Origin: Heptranchias perlo
Lineage: Eukaryota
DNA: 64,000 nucleotides
Reading direction: 5' to 3'
Assembly (NCBI RefSeq): GCF_035084215.1
Contig: NC_090340.1
Span: 15,066,001-15,130,000 of the forward strand
Shown here: positions 13,223 to 28,009 of the stretch, one piece after another
Layout: each line of letters opens with the position of its first letter
Position numbering within the stretch: position 1 is the first letter of the stretch
The notes under the pieces: generated by a model
What the model saw: only the letters and a program-made list of their open reading frames with translations
The model's database searches: none
What the model was told of the DNA's origin: nothing
Translations under genes and position numbers: made by a program

Positions 13223-13429
13223 CCCTGAGCCGGAATCACTGAATATATAATTTCTAGAAAGGATGAAAAACTTTGACTGTTTGACTGACACCACCGCGCC
13301 CCCACCCCCGGCTCCCACCCCGAGCCATATATAGCCCAGGGACACTAGAACCAATTTATTGAATCATTTAAATTGCAGCCCAGGAGGAGGCCATTCTGCC
13401 AATTCCGCCTGTGCCAGTACCTCTTCATC

Positions 13430-14731
13430 TGCATGGTTTTGTGAGAGGAAAATCATGTCTCACGAATTTGATTGAGTTTTTTGAAGGGGTAACCAAGAAG
13501 ATAGATGAGGGCTGTGCAGTAGACGTGGTCTACATGGACCTGAGCAATGCCTTTGACAAGGTACCGCATGCTAGGGATCCAAATCTCTCGGGATCCAAGG
13601 TGAGGTAGCCAATTGGATACAAAATTGGATTGACGACAGAAGACAGAGGGTGGTTGTAGAGGGGGGTGGTTGTAGAGGGTTGTTTTTCATACTGGAGGCC
13701 TGTGACCAGCGGTGTGCCTCAGGGATCGGTACTGGGTCCGCTGTTATTTGTTATTTATATTAATGATTTGGATGAGAATTTAGGAGGCATGGTTAGTAAG
13801 TTTGCAGATGACACCAAGATTGGTGGCATTGTGGACAGTGAAGAAGGTTATCTAGGATTGCAACGGGATCTTGATAAATTGGACCAGTGGGCCGATGAAT
13901 GGCAGGTGGAGTTTAATTTAAATAAATGTGAGGTGATGCATTTTGGTAGATCGAATCGGGCCAGGACCTACTCCGTTAATGGTAGGGCGTTGGGGAGAGT
14001 TATAGAACAAAGAGATCTAGGAGTACAGGTTCATAACTCCTTGAAAGTGGAGTCACAGGTGGATAGGGAGGTGAAGAAGGCATTCAGCATGCTTGGTTTC
14101 ATTGGTCAGAACATTGAATACAGGAGTTGGGATGTCTTGTTGAAGTTGTACAAGACATTAGTAAGGCCATATTTGGAATACTGTGTACAGTTCTGGTCAC
14201 CCTATTATAGAAAGGATATTATTAAACTAGAAAGAGTGCAGAAAAGATTTACTAGGATGCTACCGGGACTTGATGGTTTGACTTATAGGGAGAGGTTGGA
14301 TAGACTGAGACTTTTTTCCCTGGAGAGTAGGAGGTTTAGGGGTGATTTTATAGGAGTCTATAAAATAAAGAGGGGCATAGATAAGGTAGATCGTCAAAAT
14401 CTTTTCCCAAAGGTAGGGGAGTCTATAACGAGGTGGCATAGATTTAAGGTGAGAGGGGAAAGATAAAAAAGGGTCCAGAGGGGCAATTTTTTTCACTCAA
14501 AGGGTGGTGAGTGTCTGGAACGAGCTGCCAGAGGCAGTAGTAGAGGCGGGTACAATTTTGTCTTTTAAAAAGCATTTGGACAGTCACATGGGTAAGATGG
14601 GTATAGAGGGATATGGGCCAAGTGCAGGCAATTGGGACCAGCTTAGTGGTATAAACTGGGCGACATGGACATGTTGGGCCGAAGGGCCTGTTTCCATGTT
14701 GTAAACTTCTATGATTCTATGATTCTATGAT
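13430..14731 (+). mobile_element. Relatively young 5'-truncated CR1 LINE (RT to tail)
   Basis: 266-aa RT ORF 13666-14466; (ATTCTATG)n 3' tail. Confidence 0.92.
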
Positions 14732-14809
14732 CTGAAGCTCCCTAATCGTAATTCCTGCCCTTTTCTTGTTATCCTTTCCTATTATAAATTTTCAACGTTG
14801 ATGGATCAT

Positions 14810-16400
14810 TATTCTGGAATTCCCTACCTAACAGCGTTGTTGGAGTACTTCATTTCATGTGGAATGCAGTGTCTGAGAAGAAGACCCACTATTACCTTCT
14901 CAAGGACAACTAGGGATGGACAATAAATGTCGGCCTTACCAACGACTCCCACAGCCCGAGAATAAATTTTAAAAGCATATATCCAATCCTCTTTTGAGTT
15001 ACATTATCGTTTCTACCTCAACAGCCATTTATGGTGAGGTATTCCATGTCATAATGATCCTTTATATGAGAAACATATGTTCTAACTTCTCCCTTCCTTC
15101 TTCTGGTGATGATGTTAAATTTATGTCACCTTTTTACCAATTTGCCAATTATCAGAACCAAACTTTCATTACCCTGTCATAGCTTTTATAATTTTGAGAA
15201 CCTCATCAAATCATAGAGCACAGAAGGAGGCCATTCTGTCCATCGTGCCATTGCCAGCTCTTTGGAAGAGCTATTGAATGCGTAAAAACCTCCCTTAGAT
15301 CCTCCTTAATCTTCTCTATTTCAGTGAGAAAATCCCTAATCTTTGAGTCTTTCTTTCTAAATATAATACCTTATTTCTGGTATCAGTCCGGCGAACATGC
15401 TTTGTACCCTTCTCATGGGTATATTATCATTTCCATTATGGGTGTCGAGAAATGCATGTAATACTCCAACTGTGGCCTAACCACTGTCTTGGGCAAATTC
15501 AACATCACTTCTCAGCTTTTATAATCAATACGCCAATGCATCAAATTAATCATTCAATTCCCTTGTCGGACCATTTCTCTCTGCATTTCCACTTTTAAAG
15601 ACCTGTTCTCTCTGTTCCGCAACTCTAGTCCGAATCTTACCATTTATGGTTTTCTACCGTTAATTATTATTTAAGGCACACCCCTACCCACATTCCGCCA
15701 ATTCAAAAAACAATCATTTAACCCCTCTCTGCTTTCTGTCTTCGATCGATCTTTCTACGTATATTCTTTGATATCAGTTTTCTGATAGGAACAGGCTCGA
15801 CGGACTGAATGGCCCACTCCTGTTCCTACGTAAATGCATATCGGAAATGTATGTGCTACCCATTTTTTAGTCTATTAAAATGAATGGACAAAAAAATAGT
15901 CGAGATCACACTTCGAATTCGTATTACCTGCTCCAATTGGATGAGATTGCTAACTTCAGGTTAGCTACTTATACTGCTTCATTATCGACAACAAAATAAA
16001 GCACCGCATTTTTTTCTTGTTGGACATGCATCATACCGATTAAAGAAACAGTTCCAGATGCATTCCAAGCACTCCTCCCTATTCTGACCAAAATGTTTAC
16101 CTTGTTCCAGGTTGTTGGGACAGTTGAAATCCCTCGTTTCTATAGCTGTATTATTACTATAGACCTCGCTAAAAAGTTATATTTTTCACACTTTTGTGTG
16201 ATCTATAATGTCCAACAATATAGAGGCAGATAAATTATTTTTCTTAATTCAACTCAGAAAGATTTGGTCTTGCACCACCATCAATAAAAACGTTCCTTTG
16301 GAGGGTTACGATTATATCCTTCGTTAACATGTCCACATCAGTCAGTTTTTTCTATTTTCCCCTAATTCTCATGAGACTTCCATGAAATTAGAAGAAATGT
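14810..16400. mobile_element. Old LINE fragments in mixed orientation
   Basis: CR1-type 3' tail at 14810-14970 (+) and degenerate CR1 pieces (-). Confidence 0.55.
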
Positions 16401-17195
16401 ATAACAGGTGGATGATCCGATGACCCACTTTGCACTGTCGCCCAAAGTCAAACTTACCCCTAAGGTTCCACGACGGATATCAGATTATGCCCCATCAGTT
16501 CCCTGACTTTAGTTCGAGTCTTTCAACACAGCACAGATCACAGCTCAGACCTGGGACTTTCAGCTGTCTGCTGCTCATTTTAACTGGTGGTGCTTGGCGC
16601 TGCTTCAATATTTAATGAGAAAATATAGTTTTTATTTGTGTTAGACTGGGGTCAGAGTCTTTTGGGCTTGGAAGAGAGATTTTTTTAATAAATGCCCAAA
16701 CAGTTTGAATAATTTCAGTGGGATATTTATGACACGAAGTTTTAATTTTAATTTCGATGTCATTTCACCTTGGGCTGAGCGAAAACCGAGTGGAGCGAAA
16801 TTGGTTATGGTTTGCACCATTGATAGTTTCTTAATATAATTGATAAAGATAATTTTAATGTAAATTATGTTATTAAACTTATGTTATAAACAGGTGATGA
16901 AAATGTATCACTGAATGAATTATAGCTGAGAGAAATGTAAATATTATATTGTAATATTTTATGATATCTAGAAAAAAATTTAATAATTGTTAAAATTTTT
17001 TGAAAAGTTTGTTTTAATCTTAGATTGATTTAATACGGATTTATTTTCTATAGTCCAAATGCATGAGTATATCGATTGATAACAAAATAAATCAATTATG
17101 AATTAATTGGAAAACCGAGCGGGTATAACACATCTAAATTTCTTTAATTTAAATTTGAACGATAATGGAAAACAGGCAATATCGATTCAGCCACT

Positions 17196-20100
17196 GGGAA
17201 CAGATAGGCGTTTCTGCGGCCGCAAACGTGACTCCAGGATGGTATGTTGCCTCCCTGGTGCTATGGTCAAGGATGTTATGGAGCGGCTGCAGGACATTCT
17301 GGAGGGGGAGGGTGAACAGCCAGTAGTCGTGATCCATATCGGTACCAACGACATAGGTAAAAATAAGGGATGAGGTCCTGCAAGGTGAATGTAAGGAGTT
17401 AGGAGATAAATTAAAAAGCAGGACTTCAAAGGGAGTGATCTCAGGATCACTACCAGTGCCACGTGCTAGTGAGTATAGGTATAGGAGAATAGGCAGGATG
17501 AATGTGTGGCTGCAGGGATGGTGTAGGAGGGAGGGATTTCGATTCCTGGGACATTGGGACCGGTTCTAGGTACGGTGGGACCTGTACAAGTGGGACGGGT
17601 TACACCCGAGCAGGACCGGGACCAATGTCCTCGCGGGGGTGGTTGCCAGTGCTGTTGGGAAAGGTTTAAACTAGAGTGGCAGGGTGGTGGGAACCTGAGT
17701 GGGGAGTCAGAAGGGAGTAAAGTTGAGAGCAGCAAGAAAGGGGAAGACCCAGGGGAAATTTACAATAGAAATAGTACAAACAGTTGTTCAAGAACAAGTG
17801 AAAGGGAAAAGCATAGAGCAGCAGAAAGAAAGTGTACTTTAGGCACTACAGATAAAGTGAAATTTAGAAGGTGCAAGGCGGTTAAACCTACATCAAAGCT
17901 GAAGGTCAGGCAAGGGTGTTGGCCCAACTAAGAGTTCTATGTACAAATGGAGTATAAGGAATCAATTTAATTAACTACAGGTTCACATTCAAATTGGAGG
18001 GTATGATATGATAGCTATCACTGAGACATGGCTGCAGGATGGTCAGGATTGGGAACTAAATATCCCGGGTTATAAGGTCTACAGGAGAGCCAGGGAAAAT
18101 GGAAGAGGGGGAGGAGTAGCCTCAGTAATTAGAGATGAAATCACTTCAATGATAAAGGAGGATATAACGAGAGGTCAGCAGCCAACAGAGAACTTATGGG
18201 TTGAATTGAGAAATCGGAAAGGATCTTAGACGAGAGTGGGAGTTGTACATAGGAGCCCTGGCAGCAGCTCTGAAGTGCAGGATTGTATAAATGCAGAGAT
18301 TAGACAAGCGTGTAACAAAGGCATCGTGGTCTTAATGGGGGACTTTAACATTCACATAGATTGGGAAAAGCATACTAGCAACTTTCAGAAAGGTAGCTAA
18401 CTTCTTCAGTGTGTCCGCGATAGTTTTCTACAGCAGTATGTCCTAGAGGCAACAAGGGGGCAAGCCATACTAGATTTAGTAATGAGTAATGAATCAGAAC
18501 TATGCACGAACATCTATCCAATAGCGATCATAACATGATCGAGTTCAATGTAGTGTCTGAAAGGGAATAAAGTGAACCAGCTGCTAAGATTCTAGACTTG
18601 GGTAAGGCCTGACTTCAATGGGATGAGACAGAGACTGTCTGCAGTAAACTGGGCAAATCGGTTCATGGATAAAACGACTGATGATCAGTGGGAAATGTTT
18701 AAAGAAACATTTAACGCGATACAGAATCGGTTTATACCCCTGAAGGGCAAGAACTCTACTTGCCAAAAAAACAGCCATGGACAACTAAAGAGGTAAGGGA
18801 TAGTATAAGACATAAGGAAAGTGCATACAAAAAGGCAAAAATGGCACAGATCCTGGCGAATGGGAAAGGCACAAAGATCAACAAAGGGTCACAAAACAGA
18901 TAGTAAGAGCTACAAAAAGAGATTATGAAAAGAAGGTTGCAAGGGATATCAAAACCAATGCAAAGAACTTATATAGTTATATTAGGAAAAAGAGGGTGGT
19001 CAGGAGCAATGTTGGCCCCTTAAAAACTGAAAGTGGGGATATTGTCATTGACAATGGGGAAATGGCTGACATGTTGAACAATTACTTTGCGTCAGTATTT
19101 ACAGTAGAAAAAGAGGATAGCATGCTGGAAATCCCAAGAAAACTAATATTGAATCGGGGACAGTGACTCGATAAAATTAACATAAGTAAAGCAACAGTAT
19201 GAAGAAAATAATAGCACTAAAGAGTGACAAATCCTCAGGACCAGATGGTTTCCATCCCAGGGTTTTAAAGGAAGTACGTGAGTACGTTGCAGATGCCCTA
19301 ACTATAATCTTTCAAAGTTCTCTAGATTCAGAACTGTCCCTCGAGATTGGAAAATTGCACATGTCACTCCGCTTTTTAAGAAAGGAGAGAGAGGGAAACC
19401 GGGGAATTATAGACCAGTTAGCCTAACATCCGTTGTGGGAAAATTGCTGGAGTCTATAATTAAGGATAGGGTGACTGAAGACCTCGATAATTTTCAGTTA
19501 ATCAGAGAGCCAGCATGGATTTGTGAAAGGTAGGTCGTGCCTGACAAACCTGATTGAATTTTTTGAAGAGGTGACTAAAGTAGTGGACAGGGGAATGTCA
19601 ATGTATGTTATTTATATGGACTTCCAGAAGGCATTTGATAAGGTCCCACGTAAGAGACTGTTGGCTAAGATAGAAGCCCATGGAATCAAGGGAAAAGTAC
19701 GGACTTGGTTAGGAAGTTGGCTGAGCGAAAAGTGACAATGAGTAGGGATAATGGGTAGGTACTCACATTGGCAGGATGTGACTAGTGTAGTCCCGCAGGG
19801 ATCTGTCTTGAGGCCTCAATTATTCACAATATTTATTAACGACTTAGATGAAGGCATATCTAAGTTTGCCGATGACACAAAGATTGGTGCATTGTAAGCA
19901 GTGTAGATAAAAACATAAAATTGCAAAGCGATATTAGATGAATGGGCAAAGGCGTGGCAAATCGAATTCAATGTAGACAAATGTGAGGTCATCCACTTTG
20001 GATTAAAAAAGGATAGAACAGTGTACTTTCTAAATGGTAAAAATTTAAAAACAGTGGATGTCCAAAGGGACTTACGGGTTCAGGTTCATGGATCATTGAC

Positions 20101-20780
20101 GTGTCATGAACAGGTGCAGAAAGTAATCAATATGGCTAATGGAATGCTGGCCTGTATTTCTAGAGAACTAGAGTACAAGGGGTCAGAAGTTATGCTGCAG
20201 TTATACAAAACCCTGGTTAGACCGCACCTGGAGTACTGTGAGCAGTTCTGGGCACCGCACCTTTGGAAGGACATTTTGGCCTTGGAGGGAGTGCAGCGTA
20301 GGGTTACTAGAATGATACCCGGACCTTAGGGGTTAAGTTACGAGGAGAGATTACAGAAATTGCGGTTGTATTCTCTGGAGTTTAGAAGTTTAAGGGGTGA
20401 TCTGATCGAAGTTTATAAGATCTTAAGGGGAACAGATCAGATAGATAGAGATAAACTAATTCCGCTGGTTGCGGTTTTTAGGAGTAGGGGGCACAGTCTA
20501 AAAATTAGAGCCGGACTTTTCATGAGTGAGTTTAGAAAACATTTCTACACACAAAGGATGGTAGAAGTATGGAATTCTGTACCGCAAATGGCAATTGATG
20601 CTAGCTCAATTGCTCAAGTTAAATGTGAGATAGATAGCTTTTTGGCAACCAAAGTTATTAAGGGATATGGGCCAAAGGCGGATATATGGAGTTAGCTCAC
20701 AGATCAGCCATGATCTTATCAAATGGCAGAGCAGGCACGAGGGGCTGAATGGCCTACTCCTGTTACTATGTTCCTATGTT
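17196..20780 (+). mobile_element. CR1 LINE: ORF1 esterase C-half and near-complete degenerate ORF2
   Basis: VCCLPGA/HIGTND, IAITETWL, GDFN, GPDGFHP, DFQKAFDKV, LVRPHLEYC; (tatgttcc) tail. Confidence 0.92.
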
Positions 20781-20799
20781 ATACATCTCTCCTGATTTT

Positions 20800-23240
20800 C
20801 ATTTCCATTTATTTTAATGGAAAAGAACATAAGCATCGACGTATAACGGGCAGCTGAATTGATATTGTCCACTTTACACTATGTCCAAAGTTAATATTAC
20901 CCCACTCTGTTCGCTGTGTCCCCGCATTTAAGGATATTCTATGGGCAGTGGTGTAAAATGGGCGGTATCGCATTGGCCTCCATTAAACAACCAAGCCTAT
21001 TTTCCTTTCCATTTACTTTAATGGCGAGGAAAATCGGGTATGGTGTATTTGGGGCGGCTAATTCGATATTGCCTGTTTCACTCCATCACCCAAAGTTAAA
21101 ATTACTCCCATTGATGCAATGGTAGATGTATCTGTGAATGTAGCAATATTGAATTGGTGTACAATAAAGTATAGGGCGTGTGGATTGAACGTAGAAAACG
21201 GAAGTGAATTTGCAATATTTTTAAACACATGAATTTCCACTATGGGAATTCTGATTCCCCCCCCCTAACTTCCTTGGCAGTTTCACGAAAACCCTGGGTA
21301 ACGGCGTAAATGGCATCCTCGGGGTTTTAGTAAATCTTCCACCAAACGTAGGGTGGAGCATCCATGGGGAGACTTCCGTTAAAATCGAACTCCTTGGAGC
21401 GAAACTAATCTTGAAGAGTAGCGCAAAACCAGCGATCGAGAATTAGCAGCAAATGTTACACCCATCCGATTTTCTTTTCTACTGAAGTCAAAGGAAAAGA
21501 ACATCCTGCCGGACGTACTGGGAAAGAAAATCTGCAACGGTGGAAAACGGGCTACCGATTCTCTGTCACCCGGTCTGCGCTACCGCCCAAGACCAATATC
21601 ACTCCCATATATAATTCTATATTTTGTTAAACATCAAGAACCGTCCAGAATCTTTGCATTCTGATGCTCAAAATTTCCCTGCTCAATGAAAGGAGAAAAT
21701 CCTTAGCCTTTGGGAAAGAGTAATGTGTGTCCAAATACAGCAGGGAAATTAAAACAGACACATACCGAAGCAGGGAACAGATGAAGGAGTCACAATCTAC
21801 AGGGATCGAGCAGTCAGCAATTTTGGACTTGCATCTGCCTTCTGTTATATTACCCCACGCAGACTTCTTGAAACATTAGATTGAGGACATTTTAAACCCC
21901 TTCACCCGGTGACATCGGGTGAACAGGAGTTAAAATCGAGCGGCTCTTTTTTTCCTGTTCTGATACCGCCTGGTTCCTATGTCTCATAGGATTGTGGGGT
22001 AATTATAACAGCCTACTGGCCACAGCGAGTGCTGTGGTTGCTCCGACCAGTGAAACCTGCCGGACACCCAGCAAAAGCCCCAAATGGTAAGTTTAAAACT
22101 TTCCTTCGGGGGACCAGCAGAAGCAGCTGAGTTGTCTGCGGTTATCTGAGTGTTCGCATCAGCCTCTGGCCACCCGACCTTCACCTGTTGGCAGCTGGTC
22201 AGCTGCCTCCTGACACACAATTTGGGTGGGCAGCTGGCCAGAGGGTTTTAACGTGCTGTTGGGGAATAAGACGGAACGATGTAGATGGGATGCCCATTAT
22301 TGAAAGTGCTCGATTTTCAGTCCCATTGAAATCGTACTAATGGTCCCATACATGTAAACAAGAAAGTGTCTGTTAAAACTGGTTCTCTGTGTTCGTATAT
22401 TCCGAGAGATAACATACTTATTGTTGCATAAATGTTACAAGCTGTGGAAATTTCAAAATAATTCTAAGTATTGGTATGTATAAGTGTCTCGTGCTGAATA
22501 TGTAAAGCTTTCATTTGCCTTATATATTACTGATGCTAATTGAAGTGAGTTGTAACGAAATTTCTATTGACAGAAATATGAATATTGCATTTGAAGCTGA
22601 TTGACATCTACATTTGAAAATTTCTGGTCACATTTTCATACTTATCGTTATAGTAACTGCCTCATATTCATTTCCATCAATGAAATTAATGGAATGACAA
22701 ATTCGGGTCGGGAGTATAAGGGGCGGTGGATCCGCAACCGCCAGTTCTCCGCCCATGGGGTAATTTTAATTTTTTCATTTGGCAAAAAACCAGCCCATGA
22801 CAAATCGGCCGCCCGTTTTACAACCCCATTGAAGTCAATGGAATGAAAATCGGGTGAGTGTCAAACGGCGGAGCCTGTTTGGAGTCAGGCCAGAAAAGTT
22901 TACAATACCCCCAAATGGAAATCGTGGTTTCTGTAACGAGCGGCTGATCCGTAACGCGAGCTTTATGCCTGTCTGGTAAGTTCAAAATCTAACCCTCTGT
23001 CTCCCATTTTATGTTATATTGCAATGCGTTTGATCGTGATAGGTCATTGACGGTTCTATCATATACCGACCTCCAGTCTAATATCAAACTGGCGGTACCC
23101 GATCGGTCGCCCGTTACACGCGTTGCTCGATTTTCCTTCCATTAAAGTTAATGGAAAAGAAATTTAAGAGAGGTATCTAACAAGCGGCAGATCCGATATC
23201 TCCCGTTTCTAACTAGCACCAAAAGTTAAAATTACCCACC
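20800..23240. repeat. Cluster of short inverted-repeat (MITE-like) elements
   Basis: Recurring gattttc..ccattgaagtcaatgga..aaaatc core and ggggtaatttt/aaaattacccc ends. Example 21396-21606 with GGAGCGAAACTAATCTTG...CAAGACCAATATCACTCC. A related copy lies at about 38979-39076. Confidence 0.55.
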
Positions 23241-23929
23241 TTCATTTTCCTGTTAATGACCAGTAATGTTACATTCAATAAAAGATCTTTACCAACTTAA
23301 TTCCATTGTTTACTCTCGAAATAATGACCCATTTAATGAGCACACAGCCATATTAGAATTTCTTTTTGAAAGGAGTGTCAGTTTTGAACACTTGAATAAA
23401 ATTGATATTAATAATAGTTTCAATTTTATTGGTCATCAATTTTTTACTTCTGGTTGTTTACAAAAGCACCATTCTTTAGAGTGACCGTACCGCGCGTGTT
23501 GCAGTCCTGGGAATCCTTCCTGAATTCGCAGCCATTGACATTCTACGTTGCTCTGCCACACAGATGTTGGGGCCGTAGGATTGTGCGTGACGTGCAGAAT
23601 AACGATGAGTTAAACTTTCGAAACTAAAGTCGGCCGAACATTTTCCATTTTATATTAGAAAAGAGTTAGCAATCATGTCACTGCCAGTGGAAGGACTTCA
23701 TTGCACGAGTTTAAGTACCCACGAGGAGAGTTCTGTTTTAGATTCCAGAGGCGTCTGAACCAACAGGAAAGCGCAGCACCGTCTGCTGAATAAAAACAGA
23801 GACTATTGAAAACACAGAGTCGAACTGTTCGAACAAAGGGTCTCAGTGAAAAAATAAACTGTTCTCATTCTTTTAAGATGCATAATAACTGTCAGATTTT
23901 CCAGGGCCTTCTGTTTTTATTTTATGATT

Positions 23930-24535
23930 CAGTATCCATCCCTCATCCATGTTTTTGCTACCTCCAGGCTGGGCTATTCTAATGGTCTCCTGGCTGGCCT
24001 GCCATCTTGCACCCTCCATAAACTTGAGCTCATCCAAAACTCTGCTGCCCATATCCTAACTCGCGCCAATTCCCGTTCTCCCATCACCCCTGGGCCCACT
24101 AATCTACATTGACTCCCTGTCCGGGAACGCTTGGATTTTAAAATTCTCATCCTTGTTTGCAAATCCCTACTTGGCCTCGCCCTCCCTATCCCTGTAACCT
24201 CGTCCAGACCTACAACCCTCCGAAAACTCTGCGCTCCTCCAATCCTTACCTCTTGCACATCCCCGATATTAATCGCTCCACCATAGGCAGTGGTGTCTTC
24301 AGCTGCCTAGGCCCTAAGCTCTGGAATTCCATCCCTAAACTTCTCCGACTCTCAACCTCTCCTCCTTTAAGACGCTCCTGAAAACATAACTCTTTGACCA
24401 AGATTTTGGTCATTCTGCCCTAATACCGCCTTATGTGGTTCGGTATAAAATTGTCTTTGATAACCTTCCTGTGAAGCGCCTTGGGACATTTTATTGCGTT
24501 AAAGGCGCTATATCAATGGAAGTTGTTGATGTTGA
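23930..24535 (+). mobile_element. L2-clade LINE 3' end
   Basis: LIHVFATSRLGYSNGLLAGLP...IQNSAAHILT; typical L2 tail ending in gttgttg. Confidence 0.85.
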
Positions 24536-26108
24536 TGATTATCTGTCTTTTCTACTGGTAGCGTTTCAGTGTTGCTACAGATATCTTACTGCAACCAAAG
24601 GAGCCAGTCTTTGGCTTTGTGGTAGCATACCCACCTCTGAATCAACAGGTGCACGGTTCAACCCCTACTGCAGAATGTCCTGGCCAGTGGAGACTGGAGC
24701 TCCAGCTCTGGGTTCACATCCAACGTGATACAGACTCCCAGTGGGTCAGGGTGACCAGTGTGTAGGTTGTGCAAGCAACACTCCTGCGTATAGGGCTAAC
24801 CATTTTATTGGCTGGCATAACGATGGTGATAACCATGAAAGGAGCGCCCTGTGAAACTGCGAATCCTTCCCTTAATTCACACTATTCACCAAGGTGGGAT
24901 ACAAAAACAACTACTGGAATTAACATCGCAGCAGAAGTATAATTAATAAATACAGTTGAATGGGATATTCTAATTTGAACTACAACTGAGCTAAAGTAAA
25001 GTATTGTCAATGGAAATAAAAATGGGGAGAGATGTTAAACCGGTTGCCGATTCGCAACCACACTATCGCACAAAATCAAAATCTACCGCAATGAGTTAGG
25101 AAACCGTCACTTCATGTCTGAGAGCCAGGTTTCAATCCTCAATACATAGTAATTGGAATCTCTTTGTTTTCGCCATTGTGAAATGAGATTTAACAGTCGT
25201 AAGCCTGAATCCAATGAACTTGGGTCCACAGCAGAAAATTGTCCCTAAATTGGTACTAATTATGAATCTCGCTTCGATAGATCAGATAGGAGGCTATTGT
25301 GAGAACTGTTATCCTGCTCCAGTCCTATTCGCAATTTCCGATTGCATGAAACTATTCGAACAGCATAGAGGGAGCCGCAACTAACTCACACTATATCTGA
25401 CCTGACAGCGCTTCATTGCCGTGCCGAATGCATGAAATAGGGAGTGTTCCCTTCCTTGGAATTAACATTCTTCACTTGATGAGTCCGAAAAAAGTACGGA
25501 AGAAAACCGCCAGGGATTTAGTAGAAAATACAAGTTGGATTCCGAACTAAAGTTTGCATCCAAATTCTCCCCCAGTTATGATGCACGCTTGTTGCTAGAT
25601 TCCCCCCACCGAAATTCACACTGAACTGACTAAAGTTGTGTTAAATAGTACCGCTCACGTCGAGCGGCTACTCATTTTCGATCGAGTTGGTATATTGCTT
25701 CGGAAACGTGGTTATTTACTCTTCAGGCTGGCTCAATTCAGACCGCGTGCAGTCCAAAGTTTATAATAAAAATATGCAATTGCAAGGGATCCACTGCACA
25801 GTCACCAAACAAACCTGACCACCGTTGTTTTCAGTAACACTGCTACTTAAAGCGTGTCTTTGATATCAGTGCGAGGAGCGCTGTCTTCTGCTCACCAGCG
25901 ATCCCGTTAAACTATTATTGCCAGAATAGATTTTAATTCCATTTGGGTGTAGGGAGGATTCAATCCAGGCCCCAGAAGGGAAGAAACAGTTTGCAAACCA
26001 ATGCGCCGCTCAGTACGCACAGTACGTGCCCAATGGTGACTCAAGTTTGTTAAGCACCCTGTTCACCATTGCCCGGATTGAGATGCATTAATATAAAACC
26101 AATCGAAG

Positions 26109-27865
26109 TCATGGAAAATGACCCCACGATGACGGCATCGCAGCGACAGCATCAATACTCAACACCAACAACAGCCAATCTCCAGACGCCATCCTACAAC
26201 TCATCCGCTTCATCCTGGATCACAATGTCTTCACCTTCGATAACCAGTTCTTTACCCAAACACACGGAACAGCCATGGGGACCAAATTCGCACCCCAATA
26301 CGCCAACATTTTCATGCACAAGTTCGAGCAGGACTTCTTCACTGCACAGGACCTCCAACCAACGCTATACACCAGATACATCGACAACATTTTCTTTCTA
26401 TGGACCCACAGCGAAGAATCACAAAAGAGACTACACGATAACATCAACAAGTTTCATCCCACCATCAAGCTCACCATGGACTACTCCTCAGAATCAGTTT
26501 CTTTCTTGGACACACGAATCTCCATCAAAGACGGGCACCTCAGCACCTCACTCTACCGCAAGCCCACGGACAACCTCACGATGCTCCACTTTTCCAGCTT
26601 CCACCCTAACCACGTCAAAGAGGCCATCCCCTATGGACAGGCCCTGCAAATACACAGGGCCTGCTCAGACGAGGAGGAACGTGATGGACACCTACAGACT
26701 CTGAAAAATGCCCTAGTAAGAACGGGATATGACGCTCGACTCATCGATCGACAGTTCCGACAGGCCACAGCAAAAAATCGCATGGACCTCTTCAGAAGAC
26801 AAACACGGGACGCAACCAACAGAGTACCCTTCGTCGTCCAGTACTTCCCTGGAGCGGAGAAACTACACCATGTTCTCCACAGCCTTCAACATGTCATCGA
26901 TGACGATGATCACCTCGCTATGGCCATTCCCCACACCTCCACTACTCGCCTTTAAACAGCCACCCAACCTCAAACAGACCATCGTTCGCAGCAAATTACC
27001 CAGCTTTCAAGAGAACAGCGTCCACGACACCACACAGCCCTGCCACGGTAACCTCTGCAAGACATGCCAGATCATCGACACAGATACCACCATCACACGA
27101 GAGGACACCACCCACCAGGTACATGGTTCATACTCCTGTGACTCGGCCAACGTTGTCTACCTCATACGTTGCAGGAAAGGATGCCCTGGAGCATGGAACA
27201 TTGGCGAGACCATGCAGACGCTGCGACAACGGATGAACGGACACCGTGCAACAATCGCCAGACAGGATGGTTCCCTCCCAGTCGGGGAACACTTCAGCAG
27301 TCAAGGGCATTCAGCCACTGACCTTCAGGTAAGCGTACTCCAAGGCGGCCTTCGAGACACACGACAACGCAAAATCGTCGAGCAGAAATTGATAGCCAAG
27401 TTCCGCACCCATGAGGACGGCCTCAACCGGAATCTTGGGTTCATGTCAGGCTACACGTAACCCCACCAGCGAACAAAAGTTATCTGTTTTTAATATAATG
27501 GGTCATTTGCTGTCTTTCTCTTCCTTCCGGATGTTTCTGTGTTTCTGCCTCTCTCTCTGTTTTTTTTTTGTTTTTTGTTTTTTTTTTGGTTGTTTGTATA
27601 TTCGGTGGTCCTGTAGATAACACCTCTCTGTCTGAACACTTGGCAACGGGCAGTTGGAAAGATTACCTGTAATCACCAGGTATTGTTCTGTGATTTATAA
27701 ATGCGAAAGGTTCGAGGATTTCCTGACATTCACCTGAAGAAGGAGGAAGCCTCCGAAAGCTTGTGATTTTCAAATAAAATTGTTGGACTATAACTTGGTG
27801 TTGTAAAATTGTTTACAATTGTCAACCCCAGTCCATCACCGGCATCTCCACATCATGGAAAATGA
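26109..27865 (+). mobile_element. Penelope-like element, 5'-truncated (RT and GIY-YIG endonuclease), with 13-bp direct repeat TCATGGAAAATGA
   Basis: GTAMGTKFAPQYANIFM, RYIDNIF, NVVYLIRC..IGET..RMNGHR. One frameshift near 26930. Direct repeats at 26109-26121 and 27853-27865. Confidence 0.92.
27730..27766 (+). ncRNA. Minimal type I hammerhead ribozyme in the Penelope terminal repeat
   Basis: UCAC-CUGAAGA-A-GGAGG-aag-CCUCC-GAAA-GCUU-GUGA: core motifs, stem I UCAC/GUGA, stem II, palindromic AAGCUU stem III. Confidence 0.75.
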
Positions 27866-28009
27866 AACATTTGGAGGCTGCAACACGCTCTCGTGGACAT
27901 TTTATCTGAATGCACAAAGAATCTGGGCGCAAACATGTTGAGCAAATGGAGTTTTATAGTTTTAGAGTTGAAGAAATGGCCGACACGCCAATTAATGAAG
28001 ATATTAACT

